NCBI GenBank assembly: GCA_035352635.1
Contig: DAOPYA010000003.1
Span: forward strand, 21,506 to 85,505
Origin: Candidatus Rifleibacterium sp.
Lineage (GTDB): Bacteria > Muiribacteriota > Ozemobacteria > Ozemobacterales > Ozemobacteraceae
DNA: 64,000 nt
Reading direction: 5' to 3'
Part shown: positions 62,786 through 64,000 of the stretch, piece by piece
Layout of the letters: the number at the start of each line of letters is the position of its first letter
Numbering within the stretch: position 1 is the first letter of the stretch
Notes under the pieces: model-generated
Told to the model about the DNA's origin: nothing
Seen by the model: the letters and a program-made list of their open reading frames with translations, nothing else
Databases searched by the model: none
Made by a program: the position numbers and the translations under genes

Positions 62786-63406
62786 CTATTTATTCAGGAT
62801 GGCCTTTTTCAGAACCAGCCAGATAACAGGAATTATCAGTAAGGTCGGCAGAAATATCAGCAGTTCAACAAGATCGAAAGCCGTAAAAGCGGGCCTGGCC
62901 GCATCGAATTCCCGCTGATGCTCAAGATAGAATCTGCTGCTGAAGTCGGTTCCGTGATAGGCACAATAAACCGTGCCCGAGCCAGCAAGATCACCAAACG
63001 ATCTGAAACTGCAGTCATCTGTGGTTTTGAGCGGTACCGGCCTGAGATATTCAAAAAAAGGTGAACTCTGATTATAAATAAGGGCGTCATCAATATAATT
63101 GAACGGCAATCGGCTTTCTGAGGCAAGCATGCGTTCGATACCCTTGTTAATGCGGGCCTGCATTTTGAAACATGAACGAAAAGCAGGTTCTCCGCCAAGT
63201 CCAACGAAAAATTCGAAGCGCGAACGGAACTCACCAACCAGGTTCTTGAGGCTGATTTTGTCAGTGCGGCGAAAATACTCAGGATAAAGCAGTTCAGCGG
63301 GCAACTCAGAATTGCTGGCGACCTGCGTCTGATATGGTTCAAGCGTAAAATCGGCCTGACAGACCCCCGAAAGGCAACAGAACAGAAAAACCAATAATCG
63401 CAGCAT
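62786..63406 (-). CDS. hypothetical secreted protein
   Basis: Signal peptide MLRLLVFLFCCLSGVCQA (start at an internal Met). No motif. A second overlapping ORF in another frame was judged spurious. Confidence 0.4.
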   Translation of the reverse strand: MLRLLVFLFCCLSGVCQADFTLEPYQTQVASNSELPAELLYPEYFRRTDKISLKNLVGEFRSRFEFFVGLGGEPAFRSCFKMQARINKGIERMLASESRLPFNYIDDALIYNQSSPFFEYLRPVPLKTTDDCSFRSFGDLAGSGTVYCAYHGTDFSSRFYLEHQREFDAARPAFTAFDLVELLIFLPTLLIIPVIWLVLKKAILNK

Positions 63407-63500
63407 AAGAACCCCAGGCTGGTAATTTTCATGCAATCATACCAGATATCTGCCTATAGTGTTACAATCATGGTGCAGAACTTTTCAAGGAGAGCAGAGC

Positions 63501-64000
63501 ATGCAGAAAATTCACCTGCCGGGCCGGTGTTATTGGGTTATCGAAAACCGTTTCCTGGCTGGAAATTACCCATACAACCCCGGTATCGACGAGCCAGAAG
63601 AGTTTCTCAGAGTTTTGCTGGCCAATGGCATTAATGCTTTTGTGGATCTGACAGAAGAAGATGAATTGCCCCATTATCAGCCAGTTTTAACCAGGCTCAC
63701 CCATAATGCGACCCAGTATCGCCGTTTTGCAATTCAAGATTTTTCGACCCCTGATCAGGGCTGCATGCGGCAAGCCGTCAACTGCATCAACGAACTGCTC
63801 GACGCTGGCAATTGTGTGTATCTGCACTGCCGCGGTGGCATTGGCCGCACCGGCACCGTGGTTGGTTGCTGGCTTCGCAGCCAGGGGATGACCGGCGAAC
63901 AGGCACTGCATGAAGTCAGCAGACTTTTCAGTGCCAGCAATGCGGCGCGGTTTACCCGCAGCCCTGAAACCGATGAGCAGAGGCAACTGGTGCTGAGCTA
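63501..64000 (+). CDS. dual-specificity/tyrosine protein phosphatase (CX5R), 3'-truncated at window end
   Basis: Translated by hand from ATG 63501 with an AAGGAG RBS: ...CVYLHCRGGIGRTGTVVGCWL contains the HCxxGxxRT P-loop. No stop codon before the window end. Confidence 0.65.
   Translation, partial: MQKIHLPGRCYWVIENRFLAGNYPYNPGIDEPEEFLRVLLANGINAFVDLTEEDELPHYQPVLTRLTHNATQYRRFAIQDFSTPDQGCMRQAVNCINELLDAGNCVYLHCRGGIGRTGTVVGCWLRSQGMTGEQALHEVSRLFSASNAARFTRSPETDEQRQLVLS

Noticed and set aside
62857-63432. 191-aa alternative-frame minus ORF overlapping the 62786-63406 hypothetical gene
   Set aside because: The two frames overlap almost completely. The frame with a clear signal peptide (MLRLLVFLFCCLSGVCQA) was kept, and the other has no signal or motif. 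Confidence in either is modest.
1-64000. Prophage, integron, transposon or defence island
   Set aside because: I recognised no integrase, transposase, terminase, restriction-modification, Cas or toxin-antitoxin signatures in any frame. The window reads as core chromosome with a few lineage-specific or orphan genes.

Overview
This 64-kb window looks like chromosomal DNA from an unidentified, probably Gram-negative, bacterium. It codes densely on both strands and GC is moderate to high by eye. There is an RND efflux operon, a PilB/GspE-type ATPase gene and many predicted signal peptides. I found no rRNA, tRNA, CRISPR array, transposase or integrase by eye; a tRNAscan or Infernal run is needed to confirm that. 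Recognisable housekeeping genes are ileS (type 2), dnaN, mtnA with an mtnB-like gene, an rluB-like pseudouridine synthase, a peptidase U32 gene, an alkaline phosphatase and a DAACS transporter. Metabolic clusters are a 5-gene FAD/FeS amino-acid dehydrogenase complex that resembles archaeal proline dehydrogenase or heterotetrameric sarcosine/opine oxidase, and a 3-gene xanthine-dehydrogenase-family Mo hydroxylase. Signalling genes are a CHASE2 cyclase with a FecR-like partner, a roughly 1570-aa hybrid histidine kinase and an adenylate cyclase-RDD fusion. A TetR-MFP-RND efflux operon sits next to an MFS gene, and there is a flotillin/NfeD pair. The items I rank highest for follow-up are, in order: (1) two tandem paralogous secreted proteins with a conserved HExxH...EGWAEAFE zincin-like core and a C-terminal ComEA-type helix-hairpin-helix domain; (2) a PilB/GspE secretion ATPase fused to a histidine-kinase transmitter (DHp plus HATPase_c); (3) a 903-aa orphan membrane protein with visibly lower GC, bounded by a strong bidirectional terminator; (4) histone-H1-like Lys/Ala-rich tails on the Mo-hydroxylase large subunit; (5) a cyclase-RDD gene next to a secreted 2H-phosphoesterase gene; (6) 42-bp tandem repeats downstream of an NHL-repeat gene and 18-bp repeats encoding an SGQSEQ-repeat secreted protein. 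All functional calls rest on motif recognition in the supplied translations. No database search was run.
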